Source: Marsupella aquatica (Eukaryota > Plantae > Marchantiophyta). From it: DNA of 64,000 nt. Numbering within the stretch: the stretch's first letter is position 1; each line of letters begins with the position of its first letter. A program made the translations under genes and the position numbers. The stretch is from the NCBI GenBank assembly GCA_973895155.1, contig OZ316894.1:19908451-19972450 (forward strand). The letters run 5' to 3'. The notes beneath the pieces were generated by a model that saw only the letters and a program-made list of their open reading frames with translations, did no database searches and was not told the DNA's origin. Of this stretch, positions 50,403-64,000 are shown one piece after another.

Positions 50403-50480
50403 CTCAATCAAATATCGGAAACTACACCTAAACTGACCCCCTCAATCAATATCGGAAACTACACCCAAACTGACCCCCTC
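50403..50480 (+). repeat. ~38-bp tandem duplication
   Basis: CTCAATCAA(A)TATCGGAAACTACACC(T/C)AAACTGACCCC x2. Confidence 0.9.
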
Positions 50481-51232
50481 CCCCTCCATTGATCTCCGCT
50501 CTCTACTTGATGGCGCTTTGTTTCGAGGAGTGGAGGGTTGGTCTGTGAGTGCCAACGTGCCCTGCAAATCATGCAGATAATTCCGTTCAAATTGCATGAT
50601 GGAGTGTGGGTGGGTGCCATTGTGCCTTACAAATTATCCCGAGAATTCTGTTGAAAAATGGGATTTTCATGATAGCTTGTGTGCCGGTGGGTGCCATCGT
50701 GCCTTGCAAATCATCTCCCATAATTTCCTCCAAAACCAGGCCCTGACCAAACCTTTGCCACAATGGCCGAGAAATACACTTTTGACATGACACTGATGTA
50801 CATGACTCTCTCAAACAAGTTAGAACCATTTTGTACGATATTGTTGCGGACATTTGTGCTGGGCTATTTTTGGGGCCCATCACGAACTGTTCAGCCGGGA
50901 AAATGTTTGGAATGATCGAAAGTGGCTGACAACAGCCATGTCATGATCGTCTGCAGTAGCTCGTTGTAACTGGTGCCATACAAAGCACCCTTTCATATCC
51001 CTAAGATTACTCTTCACTATATTACTCGACTGGTGTGCCCACTTTACACGAGTGCTTGGAGGTCTCCCAGACTCCCACCTTGGACCCTTCACAACATAGT
51101 ACAGTCGGTCCAACTACTGTAGAGGGCCCCAAAGTGTGGATCCCAATTTGCCCACTTTACACAAGCCAATGGAGTGTCTCCAGCCCTAGCCCCCGTCACG
51201 ACAAGTGGGTCCTAAAACTTGTCTAGAGGGGC

Positions 51233-51401
51233 GAGAGAGATACTAGATGGACCCCTAAATTGACAAGTGTTACTTAATGGACCCTATGAGGCCCCATGAG
51301 ATTTTAGAACCGTTGATTTAAGGTCTACCAAGGGTATGGATCACTCATGGGATCCATCACGTGTAGCCTTTCATTTTGGGGGTCCAGCAACAATATCTCT
51401 C
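51233..51401. mobile_element. Mutator-like MITE (169 bp) with 10-bp TSD
   Basis: TIRs GAGAGATACTAGATGGACCCCTAAATTGA / TCATTTTGGGGGTCCAGCAACAATATCTCTC. Flanked by identical CTAGAGGGGC at 51223-51232 and 51402-51411. Confidence 0.8.
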
Positions 51402-52981
51402 CTAGAGGGGCCCATATGTTTAAAGTTTGCATCCAATTTGGTGGACTCCTGAAAGAGTGGTTACCACATCACCATAAGACAGGTCATATAGTCTCCATTG
51501 GTCCATCCCCAACCTGAACTTCACGAGGCCTACAGTAGTTATTTATCTCAATGCATATTGTATTCTGGCCCGTTGTGTACTTGGAATTGACATCTTTGCG
51601 CAGTACTTATGAGATTGAACAAGGAAGAAGGCGCCCACTCTAGTACGGCATCTCAAACACAGCAATTTTTAAAAAGTGATTGCTCGCGGGAGTGTCATGG
51701 CCCAGGCTTACAGGCAGGATTGGTCGGGCACAAATTGTCGAGCCCCACCAGTCACAACCAGGAATCGTGACCAAGATGCCGGTCGGACCGCAATTAACTC
51801 TGGTTACACAAAGAGGGTTTACAACGGTCCAACACGCGAAATAGCACAGTGACCAGCGTTGCTCAGTTAACTTTGCTTTATTGACTTCAAAGCACGAGCT
51901 TAGCTGAGCTCCGCGTGCGTTCGATGCGGGCAGGGAGGTGACATTCTGCTCCGTTCTCAACACCATCCTGAAGGGAGTGGCAGTAGTGGCGCTTTGTGAA
52001 GGGCTGATTGCACTGTATGTTGAGTGCTTTTGCTGGGATAACAAAATTTACTAAGATAGTCCTTGAGATTTTACCTTGAGTTGCTTTTTATGTGGTCGGC
52101 ATTCGTAGTTGCGTTTTTGGTTTGAATTATTTGTTTGATAGTGCCATTCCAGGCCATGGGGGACTGGACTTCTGTTTCAGATGTGGAGTATGCTAGACAA
52201 TCAGGCAAAATTGAGTCCACTGTCTCTGGTCTGGGCAGGAAACTATGTGGCAAGAAGTCCATTCCCAAGGAAGTTCACTTATTCAGCATGTACTGAGCCC
52301 GTCGAGCGCTGGCAAAGCCTGTAAGAAGTCCTTGAAATTTGGTAAAAAATGTGACCATTCCGTCCCTGGAGAGCTCAAGTTTTGATTCCAACTCATTCTC
52401 TTTGATGTTGTCAACAGTGGCACCCTCCACTAAAAGCTCTAATCTGGGATCAGACAACTCTGCTTTTCAATATACAACTTAAGGGCATTCAGCCTGTTAC
52501 ATACTAAAGCTCAGCAGGTAGTCACAGTCCAGAAGGGCTTGCCAAAATGTCATAAATTGCAAGTCTGGCTATAGGTAAAGGACATCTTCACTAATGTTGA
52601 CCCTGAGCAATTTTGATTGAGCTCCTGATATATTGAGCTTGAAGATTCAGCGAGGGGGTTGCAATTTTCAAAGTCGCTGCAATCGATGAAGGCATTCATG
52701 GAGCTTCAAAATGTTTTACTAGGGCATGTTCGAAAACTGCAGCGGGTGAGGTCCCAGTGTTGCAGTTCTCTTGCTCAAGCTCACCACAGTTAGGCCTCAA
52801 ACCATTGGCATTAACACCTGCAACCTGTCTCATAGTTCACTACCCCAAAAAAATATTTGCCTGGATGAGCCTTGTTGCAGTGCGCCCAGGTGCCTTGCGG
52901 GGCGCCCAAATTTGAAATTATTTTTTAAGATAGCCCCAACTACCCGTTCTTTGAACGTGAATAGAATTGAGTACAATAAAG

Positions 52982-53365
52982 TGTTGACAAAATATGTTCC
53001 CTAGTGTAATAAAAATAATGTATCAATAGACAAAAGGAAAACCCCACTTGAGAGATTTTTCCATCAAGAGTTGTCAGTTGAGTATTGCTCTTAGTCTTGT
53101 GACTCTAGGGTTAACTGTAGTTAGGCTAACTCAGGTTAGGACTTAGCTAAGATTAGCAGTGACGCATGTTGTATATAACCAAGGCTGATGCCAGCCCCTA
53201 GTGGATCTTCAGTTCATTGTTGGAGTGGAACAAGAGAGAAATAAAGGTCTCTTGCTTTCCCGTGGACATAGCCTCAGTCGAGAGGTGAACCACGTACTCG
53301 CTGTGTCGACTACTTTGTATGGTTTACATGTGCATGGTGTCTCGGGATAAGGAATATACCCAACA
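52982..53365 (+). mobile_element. Ty1/copia-type solo LTR (384 bp)
   Basis: TGTTG...CAACA termini, TATATAA at ~53172, and the CCCGTGGACATAGCC...GGTGAACCACGTA motif typical of plant copia LTRs. No perfect TSD. Confidence 0.6.
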
Positions 53366-53844
53366 AGAGTAAGGTCCAGGATACAAAGCTTCATGGCTAA
53401 AAATTAGTGGCAAGGGTTAGGAAACCAAACCAGCTGAAGATTAAAACAAATTGCACTGCATCTATTTTCATTCCTCTCGGTAGTATTCTTGTTATGTTCC
53501 ATTCTTCTTTTGATAATTTGTAAGAAAAGAAAGTAGGATTTTGCTTTTATTGTAAATTCTGTTGCTGCACACATGAGCATGATTTAGCTGCATCACGAAA
53601 CCTCCAAAAACTCGCCCCACCTAACCCTCTTTTTTACTCCCACCCCAGATTTTGATTCATGCCCCCTTAGATCAATGAAAAGAAAACAAAAAAAACTTTG
53701 CCAAAAAAATAATTGTACCCTATTTCCCTTTCATCTTTGCACCATTTTTTGGTCCACCATAGTTTCAGTTTTGTCATTACTAAGAGTCACTCTGAACTTT
53801 GAATGATGATAGAAACTATGGTACATGTCATCAGTTTAACATAC

Positions 53845-54010
53845 ATCATTCTCTCCATGTACATCCTCTTTTCCATGTACATGAATTTTGACAGGGCCCT
53901 ATCATTCTCTCCATGTACATCCTCTTTTCCATGTACATGAATTTTGACAGGGCCCTATCATTCTCTCCATGCACACCTTTTTTTATGCACACACATTTTG
54001 GTGGGGCCCT
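53845..54010 (+). repeat. 56-bp tandem repeat, ~3 copies (two identical)
   Basis: ATCATTCTCTCCATGTACATCCTCTTTTCCATGTACATGAATTTTGACAGGGCCCT at 53845 and 53901, with a diverged copy at 53957. Confidence 0.9.
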
Positions 54011-57000
54011 ACAGTTACCGTCTAGAGGCTTCACTCTAGAAGCCTAGACCCACCTCTAGCTTGGAGTTGGCGCTTTATAACTGAGATGAGATGCCCTAGT
54101 AGATTTTCAAGTTCCTGTTGGGAATGGAAGCTAGAGCAGAAGCCCATCTCTTGCAAAGTCTAACTAAAATCTCATGCACAATACAAGGGGAGGGCATGAC
54201 ACTTTGAATGCTTCTAAGGCAGGATGTTTGGGGTCCAGAATTCTTTCTTTAACATGATTTTGGACCAAACAAGAACTATTGGCACATGGGGAGAAGGGCA
54301 TTTTCCATCCAAGCAGAGTTCACCCAAAATGACGAATTTTCTTCTCAAAATTTTTCTTCATTCTTGCATTGGAAACAAGTCTGGATAGGGACATTTGGGA
54401 AAGCATCCCCAACAACATCTCCTTATTCCTGAATGTTTGCATATATTGAGTTCATTGCGGACAGTGCTCCTTCCACTGGAAAATAGTCAAAATCAATCAT
54501 GATTTCACCAAACACTGAGGGATATAAACTTTTTAATCTTTCTTCTTGAAAACCAAAACAATACAAATGCACTATTGGGATTGCACCCCGTATGTATTCA
54601 AACGTGGAAATTGACTCTCTGGACATCAAAACTAACCGTTTCAAATAAATCACTACAAAACATTTACTTCATGGTCGCCTGAAATTTACATCACAGTTCA
54701 CAATTAGTCAGACGTCGACCAATTCAAAAGCTTGCAGCCCCGTTTGTAGCAACCCTTCACAACCTGCCGTGGTAAGAGCTTATTCACTAAGTTATGTCAA
54801 TATTCATAGGTTTGCAACCTTTTATTAATATGGCTTGTTGTCAATCAATCTTTGTTATGAAGACAACGATGCCTGTACTGCACTTTGCAGTCCTACTTCA
54901 ATCTGTTTTGTGAACGTCTAGTCTACAATGAGGTGTGGATCCACTAGCTACCCTTTTTGAGCAACCCTTTAGATAGAACTTTATCCAAGAATAGAACATT
55001 GGCTGGTTTAGGGTTTAGGGTTCAGACTGAGAGGACTTTCAACAATGTACCTTATTCTAAAACAAATCACAATTAAGTTAATGATCAAATGAATGTCTGT
55101 TGTATAAAATGTTACAAACATATGTGTGAAAACTTGTTCTACTACAAATATTAACAAGTCATCAGGTCATGCCCCTAATTGATGTGAATGTCTTGCAACA
55201 GTTTTACCACTGGGAACACCATCCTACCCACAACACGGTCTTCTTCCCCAATGTCATAAAGTGGGGAGCCCCCATGGGAAGCATGCTTGGTGCGGGATTT
55301 AAATTTTCAGGAAGTTTGTTAAACAGCTCAACTACCCAAAATAAATAAAAATGAATGCACAAAATTTGCACATCAAAGGACTTAACCAGGCCCCTCTAGC
55401 ATCTTATGTACTTGATGGAACACAAAGATGAATTCATCAAGCCCTCAATCCATCCAGGTGGTCCTCTAGGTGGTCCTCCAGGTGGTCCTCAAGTCCATAA
55501 GATGCTGGAGGGGCCTGGGTAAGTCCTTTTCTAAGAATTGCATTGAGATTCATACAGGTTGTACTATAGCATCATTTTTACACAACGCACCACGTGAAGC
55601 CTTTTTTCTTTTACAATTCCCATGGCTCAAAAACGTATGCAACAGACAATGCTAAAAGAAGCCAGGGTATGATTTGCGTTGTTGCCCTGCTGGTAATCAC
55701 ATATCAAAATGTGGCTGCATTCATTGATTGAAAGAAAAACAACTAGGGTTATCACGGTATGCAGGGGTGTCGTACATCATATATGTCATATTTTGATGTG
55801 CAGTTACCGAGACCCGCGTTGTTGGGCAGGGTGTCACCTAGCAGTTCACTCGGTACCATCATGTTCAGTTGTGCATACCTGTCATATCTTCTACGTAGTA
55901 AGTATTGTCTTCGTGTCTTTACCACATTCAACTATACAGTAGTGCAAAATAGAGATTGTCTTCTCAAAATGGTGGCTCTGGTTCTGGGAGTGAACATTTT
56001 GAGTTGCCCTTCTTTACGGGCCAGTTTAAACTCGTGTAGGTTGACAAAGATTCTGGGAGTGAATTATTCCCCGCGGGCACATTTGAAGTCCCCTCGTCGT
56101 AGGAGCTGATATAATCCGTATGGCACCAACAATGCTTGAAGCTCGGAGTGAACCTTTCTCAAAAACATCTGTGCAGAATTCCTTGGAAAACTGAAGACAC
56201 CACTTCAGCGATAAATCGATCCAGTATCTTCAGATTGCTAGAAAATCCGACTTCCAAAGCGAGCGACACTTGATCTGCACAGAATCGCGAGAGACCCATA
56301 CGACGGGCTGAATTGCTTTTTCCTGCCAGGACAACGTGCCAGATACATATTTTCCCTACTTCATTGGCAATCCTTTGAACCAATTGCCAACTTCCAAGCG
56401 AGTACGGTAATGTTGGAATTTGTGAAGATGATATTCCGGACCTTTTCAGCAATCGGGGAGGGGGGGTGAAGGTAGGTCATTTTGTCGACATTTGGCTGCT
56501 GCTTTAGAACGAATACAGGTCAGGGATATGAGTTACATTCGGTGTCTTCTGATTCATTCAATTCTGGGAGGTCCATCTTACGGAAATGGATCCCTGAAGA
56601 CGTAAACTTATCATCTTTGATTTGATTCCAAGGTTCACCTGGCGTCAGCTTAGACGTAATTGGTACAGCCTGAAAATGACTGTGTGAATTGTACAGACGA
56701 ATTTCAAGCACTCAAGTTATTGTCACAGTAAGTGCACCGAATTAAGCGAGCCGAAAATATATTCACCCTCAAAAGATTTCAATGCTTGCGCGTGAGTTGT
56801 GTTGACTGTTGAGGGAGTACCTAAGACGGTAAGATAACTTTGACATTGAACTGCTTGTCCAAGACGCTCCACATTAGTCATATAGCATATATAGGATGCT
56901 CATCTTCGAACATGTTTTACTTTTTGTCTGGTAGTGATATTAAGTGGACAAAATTAGAGAGTAAGACTAGAATACATATTAAATATAAATGGGATAAAAT

Positions 57001-60000
57001 AATATAAATAAAGCACATGCAATGAAAGCACATAGTGACCAATGGAAAGTATAATTAAATTTTATGACACAAAGATGACACAAGTTGTACACTTATTTCA
57101 ATGTGTCTTATTAATGACTCTCATTTCAATAAAAACCATAAACTTAGGAAAGAAAGGGAACTTAACAGGATGTGTTGACATTACTTAGAATCATTCCTCT
57201 CACTCATGAGAATATTTAAAAATGGTAGTAAATGAAACCCTTGGTTTCTCTCTAGGACTTAACAAAGTTTAAAAATTAAGTGGACTGCCAAAATAAATTC
57301 AAAATACTATAAGATACCAAAAATTTAAAGGGATCCAAAAATGAATTAAAAGTCTATGTGATACAAAGGATGCCCCTTGTTAAAGTACATTCAAATAAAA
57401 ATACATGATACACAAATATGAATAAGACAAAACATGAAAGTTGGATTCACCATATAACAGTGTCACTATGTATCAAGGCATCTCGAGAGTCTTCCAAGAA
57501 GTGTGTGTTTTTTCATGATCATATGTCTAGAGAGATTGTAATTAAACAAGAAAATTATCAAAATACCAGCAAAGGTACCAGATTGACTAAAATACCCTTA
57601 AAGTTTGTGAAATTACAAAATTGCTCCTCCGAATTCTCTGCAATGCCAGTGCTCATTATGCCACCACCCTATCAATGGCTTTGAGAGTAGGTAAGCTCGC
57701 AAATCTAAACTTTAAAGGTATCTACTTAGGTAATATAACTTGTATGGGTAATTTCGTAACTTACCCTAATTGAAATTATACATAAGGCCCCCCAGTGGAA
57801 TAAATGACTACGTCTGCATCGTCATGAGAGCCATCCTGAACTCCCTATAATATCCATCCTATCTAAACTGAACTCCTCACAACCCAAAGCTACATCCATG
57901 AATCTATCCTAGAACCATTGTGATTTGTCATCTATCCTCTAGCAAGGCTGTTGGTATTAGGACCGTCTGACCTCAATATCTGACCCAGATACAATTACTC
58001 TAATTTCATTAAACCTAATCTGACAAACTATCTTTCCTTCAACAACAACAGGAGGGGTGCCAGCCGTCGTTCGTTTACCCACTGTCTTGTTGAAAACCTG
58101 GTCTAAACTGTCTCCCATGTAGAAACGTCGTTACCAGTAGACAAGGAGTCTGCATTCGTGACTGTTTGCCTCGCATGACATAGTTAGACTAGTACTGAGT
58201 AGATTAAACAAATTACGGGACATGGTGGTACCGACCAAACTCATGAGACTTGTGTGAATGGGAAATCTTTGGGCTTTCTTCCCTGCATTGTCCACTAGAA
58301 TGCAGCTGGTATTCAATCGGACACGATTTCTCTCCCCACTCCTCAGAGAATGACGGTTTGTGTCAAAGGGGAACTTTTCGTGCCATGTGCCTCCTAGAGT
58401 CCAAAGCTACTCTACCCTGGGAAACACCCTTTCCCTATTAATTTGAATACTATAATGTATTGGTTAGAGAGCATTGTGAAATGTAATGCCCCCCAAAACT
58501 AGGCTGTAGCCCAAGTTTTGAGGGGCTTTATGTTCACCGGGATGTTCACAATTCCCCTGACTAAGACATGACAACATGTAAAAACTTGAGCGATTTTTGG
58601 GGAATAGACAAAAAAAAGTAAATTCATGAAACGGATGGAAAAAAGTGAAGGGTCATGCAACAATTTTTTGGCATGCAATTGGTTGAAATCCTAGACTATG
58701 TCAAAACTGGAAAATATTCAGCCATGGAGTATATTGGATTATTGATACAATCTCCTTAAGACAATCTTTCATTTTGTTTTATACGGTAAAGTATTTTCTC
58801 TGTTTATAGATTCCTAGATTTGTGATACTTTCCATAATCCCCTCCTCAAAGAAGGGAGACATTATGGAAAATTACTGCCCACTAAAATACAAAATCAAAA
58901 GTCACAAAAGTCTTTTAAGAATAGATATTTCCAGTTCGTCTATCAAGAATCAGCGTAAGCTGGTTGTCTCCACGCTTTACATGGTAGGTGCCAGTCCACA
59001 AGAGTCCTTTTCCGAGTTGATGGGTAAAGGAGCCCACTAATGTACACCAACCATGAATTGTAATTTGCACAAATTTCTCCATAAACTATTAGTGAATCCT
59101 GTGTCGTTGACTCAGTCCAATCGAGAGGAGTAAATGTTGTTTGGTCCATAGTTCAGGGTCAAGTATAGGGCAGTCATGGAGCCAAAAGGCAAGAACCACA
59201 TCCTTTGTTAGTATTATAATATTGGCCATCGGAAAATCCAGAGAACCTTCCCCCCTACTGTGGTCTTTCAGGATGACTTCTTTTGACCGTGGCACTTGGT
59301 ATACATAAAGCTCAACTGAAAAGCTCATTTTCGTATCTCATTATGGCTCAAAAGTCATCGACATGTTTCTTAGATTCAATAATGACGGTATTGCTCTTTG
59401 TTAAGTCACATATTAAAGTGCAGGAAAATTTAAGATAGTGGAACAAGAAAATGATGTATCCAGGAGGAATGATGATAACCATTACCGAGTACAGCTGGCT
59501 CTCATGGAGACCAAGTAGCAATGAAGAAGGACTACATAGAAGGCACAATACAAGGTCGAGTCCAATCATCCAGGTGTACCCTGTTAGCCTTAACTCACCA
59601 GTGTCCATATAAAAGGGTAATATATGTTCAAACTTTTCCATTTCTCACTCTAGCTTTCCCTGTCCTCTACTATGCTCCTTGTCCTACTACAAGACAAAAA
59701 CTCAAGCATGTTCCAGGATGAGCATGCTATATATTGAGGAGAGTAAGTAATAATAGAGGCTCATGGGAAATCACCTTGGCTTAGGCCTTAAGGCCCAACT
59801 CACATCCGCCCTTTCTTTTGTGGTCCTCAAATTGAAAGATGTCATTGCACCCTTCATTCAGGCTACGATGCCATAAGCCCTTCTTTAGGCAGTCCTGATG
59901 GTAGGTCTTGTGCTGACCCCAAGGGCAAAGGCAGGAAACTTTCAGGCCCTTGCAGGTCCAGAGCTTTGGCTGGGAAAAAAAACAAGAAAGCCAGTACACC

Positions 60001-61437
60001 TGTTGTCAACTCTGCCATATGTTGGGGGTTGGGGAAGCAGGGAAGCAGATTGTGGCAGATCCTCTTATCAATGACTACTTACTGTTTTCCAAAAGTGCCC
60101 CCCCCCCCCCAGTGCAAAGGGCCACATTCTTTGGTGCACCATCGTTCTTCCTTAAAAAAACAGCTCTATTTCACGGACCTGGCCTCCCTGGCTCACTATG
60201 GCTTGAAGTGCCTGGCCTATTTTGGTCAGCTTGTGCTTACCCCCTGGTTTTGTCAAGCCACCCCAATTAACTCAGTGCACCGTCTTCCTCTCCTTAATTT
60301 TATTTGTTGGGAAGAAAACAGCCCAAGGTCATGCACGACCCACCCTTAGTCTGCTCTTTTGGTGATTAGGTCAGGATTTTTCTTAGTGGTGAAATTTATG
60401 CTAAAATCTACCTTCTTAAAACCCGTTTGTCACTTGGCTTAGGCTGCAGTAGTGTTTTAGGTTTTCATTTGCCATTTTCCGACCAAACTGAGGTCTTCTA
60501 GCTAGAATCTAACTCCTCTAGCAAGAGAATTATAAAGAGCGATATGCAAAGTCCACAAGTAAACAAAAAACTGCTGTATGTCACGAATGGTTCACCAGCT
60601 CTTTGTACATTTGAAACAACAACATCAAATCGAGGATTGTGTATACTTTTTGCCCTTTTTGCTTTATCCTCACTGCTAGATCTCCCTTGATGACAGTGTC
60701 CCCATTGATCTAGTAGGACAAAGGAAACAAAGTGTGTCAGGACTGTACTATTGAAATTCTTCAAGTTTAGTGGTAGTCAATTTTACACCCACTTTATGTG
60801 TACATTTTTATTTTACAGTAGGTGTTAGAACCAAAAATTAAAGTAGGTCTCAACCAATCTTCAGTAGAAATTCAAATAAAGAATATTCTTGACACAAGGT
60901 AAACACATAAAGACCATGGTCAATTAAAAAGAAAAACCATTGCAAAACATTGGACGAGGTTGGTAGTCTGGCGAATCTCACTTGATATGATTCGATCCCC
61001 TCACACCTGTGACCGTGTAAGTGGCCCTCAACAGACCTAAATTGCGGTGACGACCGCGTCAAAGGTCCCCCACCCCAACCGCTCAGTGCTCAGAGAGTCA
61101 GAGCACAATCGCATTTCGCGGACTGACAGACACATTGCTTTAGAGGTTAGAGTTTAGACATTGCCAGAAACGAATCTCACAAAAAAATCAGTCATATACG
61201 ATCGTCGAATATAATAATTGCAGAGCAATCTTGAAATGGAATGTTACGTCATCACTCGTGCATCGTAGCTTTCCAGACGGGACAGACAATCCTACTCAGC
61301 TGCAGTAAGCCAACAGCTGACTCCGACCCTCTGGCTCCTCCCTTTTGAAATCAGGGTCATTTTTTCGATGTGCAAAGTTTTTCCAAAGCTTCTCGTTATT
61401 GTTTGCCTTCAAAGCTTTCCGAGATGAGTTTCCTGAG

Positions 61438-61558
61438 TTAAGAGAGCAGAAAACATAGAATTCAAAGAGTTTCGTTTGTTGATGGGGCATTGAATCCTTA
61501 ATTAAGAGACCAGAAAACATAGAATTCAAAGAATTCCGTTTGTTGATAGGGCATGGAA
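61438..61558 (+). repeat. 63-bp tandem duplication
   Basis: CAGAAAACATAGAATTCAAAGA(G/A)TT(T/C)CGTTTGTTGAT(G/A)GGGCAT x2. Confidence 0.85.
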
Positions 61559-64000
61559 CGCGGGAATGCGTTTTACTGTAGATCTTGAACACGAGCTTTT
61601 TTATTACAGCGCGGGAGGGCGTCGTCGTCTGGAGATGACTACCGTGTGCAGATCAGGTGAGCGATCTGGCCCGCTCCACAGAGTACTACTGTATAGGCGG
61701 AGGACGGATCTGTAGCTGTGCGCAACTAGATCAGACATGATTTGTGCAGTTGTGCACGTTCGTTTCGATGGCGTGAGCCGTGAGGAAGATATGGTCACGG
61801 GTGGAGCGAGAGGGATTGAGACTTGGCACTTACATTTGGACCGGGTGAAGTGATAAAAAGAGAAAAGATAAGCATAAAGGACAGGGGCCCAGGCCCCATG
61901 GCGGCTTGCGGGAGCGACACACAAGGTCACAACTCACAAGACACTACTCACAAGACGAGCGAGATGGAAGGAAAGATGAATGTCGTAAAGATAAACATGA
62001 AGGACACGGCGCGGAGTCTAGCGCGGAATTGACGGAAGTACTGGTAAAACTACGGCATGACGAAAGAACGAGAGGCTGTCCTAGAGGAGGTACTGAGCTG
62101 TAAAGAAGGGAGCTCTAGTGCTCGGTACTAAATGAGCAAAGGACGCTGGGGGCGGAGTGAAGGGACTGGGAAAAGTTGTTAGGCCAAAGGGAAAGACGCG
62201 CATTTACAGCAGGAAGCTCAGAATTCAGGGATGCAACGGGAGGTGCTGTAGGTCGGTCGGGGAACAGAATCATAGAGCCAGGCTGCCGTAGCCGCAGAGA
62301 GGAGATAGGAAATGATGGATGGCACAAGCTGTAGGACACAACCGCAGAAAGACTTAGGAAGGGCGAACAGTTGTTTTATTCCTTTATTATTAGCAGATTG
62401 GAGTGCCTCTGCCCTCATGGGCAGTGCTCCAACATAGCCGGCACTGCCACCTGGAACCCGTACGTGGCCGTTGGAATTGGGGAATTTGGGAGGAGTACTG
62501 ACAGGTAGCTCGAAGGGATCGATCGTCCGTTAGTCCGTCCATGAATCGTGCTGCACTCTTGTTGTTGTCGCCGTTCATATCAGGCAGAGTGGGGTGGCAC
62601 GGATCGGGTGCCGGGTTGGTCTCTCATGACGCTCTTTCAGAGCATATATCGGATTCGCGGCCCGGCGTCTGGGGTTGTAGTGGGCGCGGATCGCTTTCTT
62701 TCGTCGTCGCCGTCCACCCTCAGGGTGTCTGGACCTTTTGGCTTGGTAAGTAAGAATGTTACCTGTAGCTGGTCGTCGTTGATTGCATTCAATTTTGAAA
62801 CTAATGCAGTTTCGGGACTGTACTGGAGGAAACCACTAGCGGGGCGGTCGATTGTGAATCTCCGTCGTGTTGAGCGGGTCGCGGGGAGTCCGAAATTTTC
62901 CCTTCCTGCTCAAATTTCTGTCAGGAATTTCCGTTCTGAATTCCTGACAACCTACTGCATGCTGTTGGACTTCCGATTGCTGAGAATTGGGAGTGATCAA
63001 AAATTTATTCCAGGCAATTGACCTTGTGAGGCAACTATTTGAGGCTGTCCCACAGAGTCTCTGCTTAACCAGTTTCGACAATCGACATACATTTGAGCTT
63101 TCAAATCGAATGCATGCCAATTCAGGCCGCTGCTTGTCGCATTGGTGATTCCGCGTTCTTGACGGGACATCGTTCGTTCTTGCGAGGGAGCCTGCTCCCG
63201 CCACTGTAGCCTTGTGACTGTGAGCCTTATTCCTATTGCTCCCACCCCAACAGAATGATGTTGAGCTCCACCTTGTTGCTCTGGCCCCTTTCGGTCTGCA
63301 GTTTTAGATTACGCAGCCGTCCTTCCGTGTTTTAGGTGAGATCAAGAAAGATTTCGGGACCTGAGTAATTACACTTAGCAATGCTGAGAGTGGGGTTCTA
63401 TCCCAAGGAAGTCGTAGGAGACAGAGTACTTGAAGCGACATTTCTAAATCTCGCAAAAGCACCCCAATTCCCTCCATCCGGCATATTGGCCCCAAACGCT
63501 TCAGATGAACGACTGTTACTAAAAGCAATAGGGCTCTCCGGGATGGTATTACACCTCGTGTGGCCACTCGCCCCGTATTGAACAATGGGCGGTCATCTCA
63601 TCCAGTGATCCTTATCCGAGCACCAGGTTTTTCCTTGCTTATGAAATCGACGAAGGAAGTAGGGCTGATAGGCCAAAGCGAATTGCACTCTGCGACTGTT
63701 TTTCTCTGGAAGGTTTCCTTTCTTGTTCGGGTTTCTGCTTGACTTACCAATATGCAAGTCTTTTGAGAAGCATGCAGAGTTTTAAGTTGACCATTGTTGA
63801 CTCATGTGCAGAGCTCGAGAAATATCAAGCGGTTAGCTTCCTGCCCTCCCCTCGGCTACGCGCGGTTTCTCATTAGAGTGCCATTGCCTCCCGCCAGACA
63901 ATCGCGATCCCGGGAGGTCACAGCTGTCATGCACACAAGCTCATTCAGTTATTCGAGGAACAGAAGTGTACCTCGGGGCTCAACAGTAGTGGACTTCGTC

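Noticed and set aside
51640-52457. Chain of minus-strand ORFs separated by stops
   Set aside because: Possibly a decayed TE ORF, but no diagnostic motif was found.
53845-54010. Regular repeats resembling a CRISPR array
   Set aside because: Head-to-tail tandem copies without unique spacers, no cas genes, eukaryotic context.
55005-55022. TTTAGGG telomere-like units
   Set aside because: Only about two copies; expected by chance or as a telo-box.
62548-63245. ORFs of 82-157 aa near the window end, with a GTAAGT donor at ~62746
   Set aside because: No recognisable protein; may be the UTR or intron of a gene extending beyond the window.

Overview
This is eukaryotic land-plant nuclear DNA, not prokaryotic: it has GT-AG introns, plant-type transposon debris and low gene density. 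A bryophyte or liverwort origin is my inference only. Four apparently intact host genes are present. (1) A spliced NB-ARC (STAND) immune-receptor-like gene with an N-terminal RPW8/HeLo-like helical domain and no visible LRR (minus strand, 2500 to 417 or lower). (2) A tail-anchored protein built from tandem MEB-type CPxC repeats (9436-10497, minus). (3) A UBL-UBL-coiled-coil-RING E3 ligase-like gene (19467-20669, minus). (4) An intronless SLC13/DASS tonoplast dicarboxylate transporter-like gene (47197-48900, plus). There is also a multi-exon tubulin-folding cofactor B pseudogene (30718-33933) and an intact ~585-aa ORF embedded in an LTR-like repeat that forms a ~0.8 kb inverted-repeat pair with a neighbouring ~2.15 kb solo-LTR-like element. 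The rest is a copia-type solo LTR, Mutator-like MITEs, hairpins and small tandem duplications. All homology calls come from motif recognition by eye; no database searches were run.
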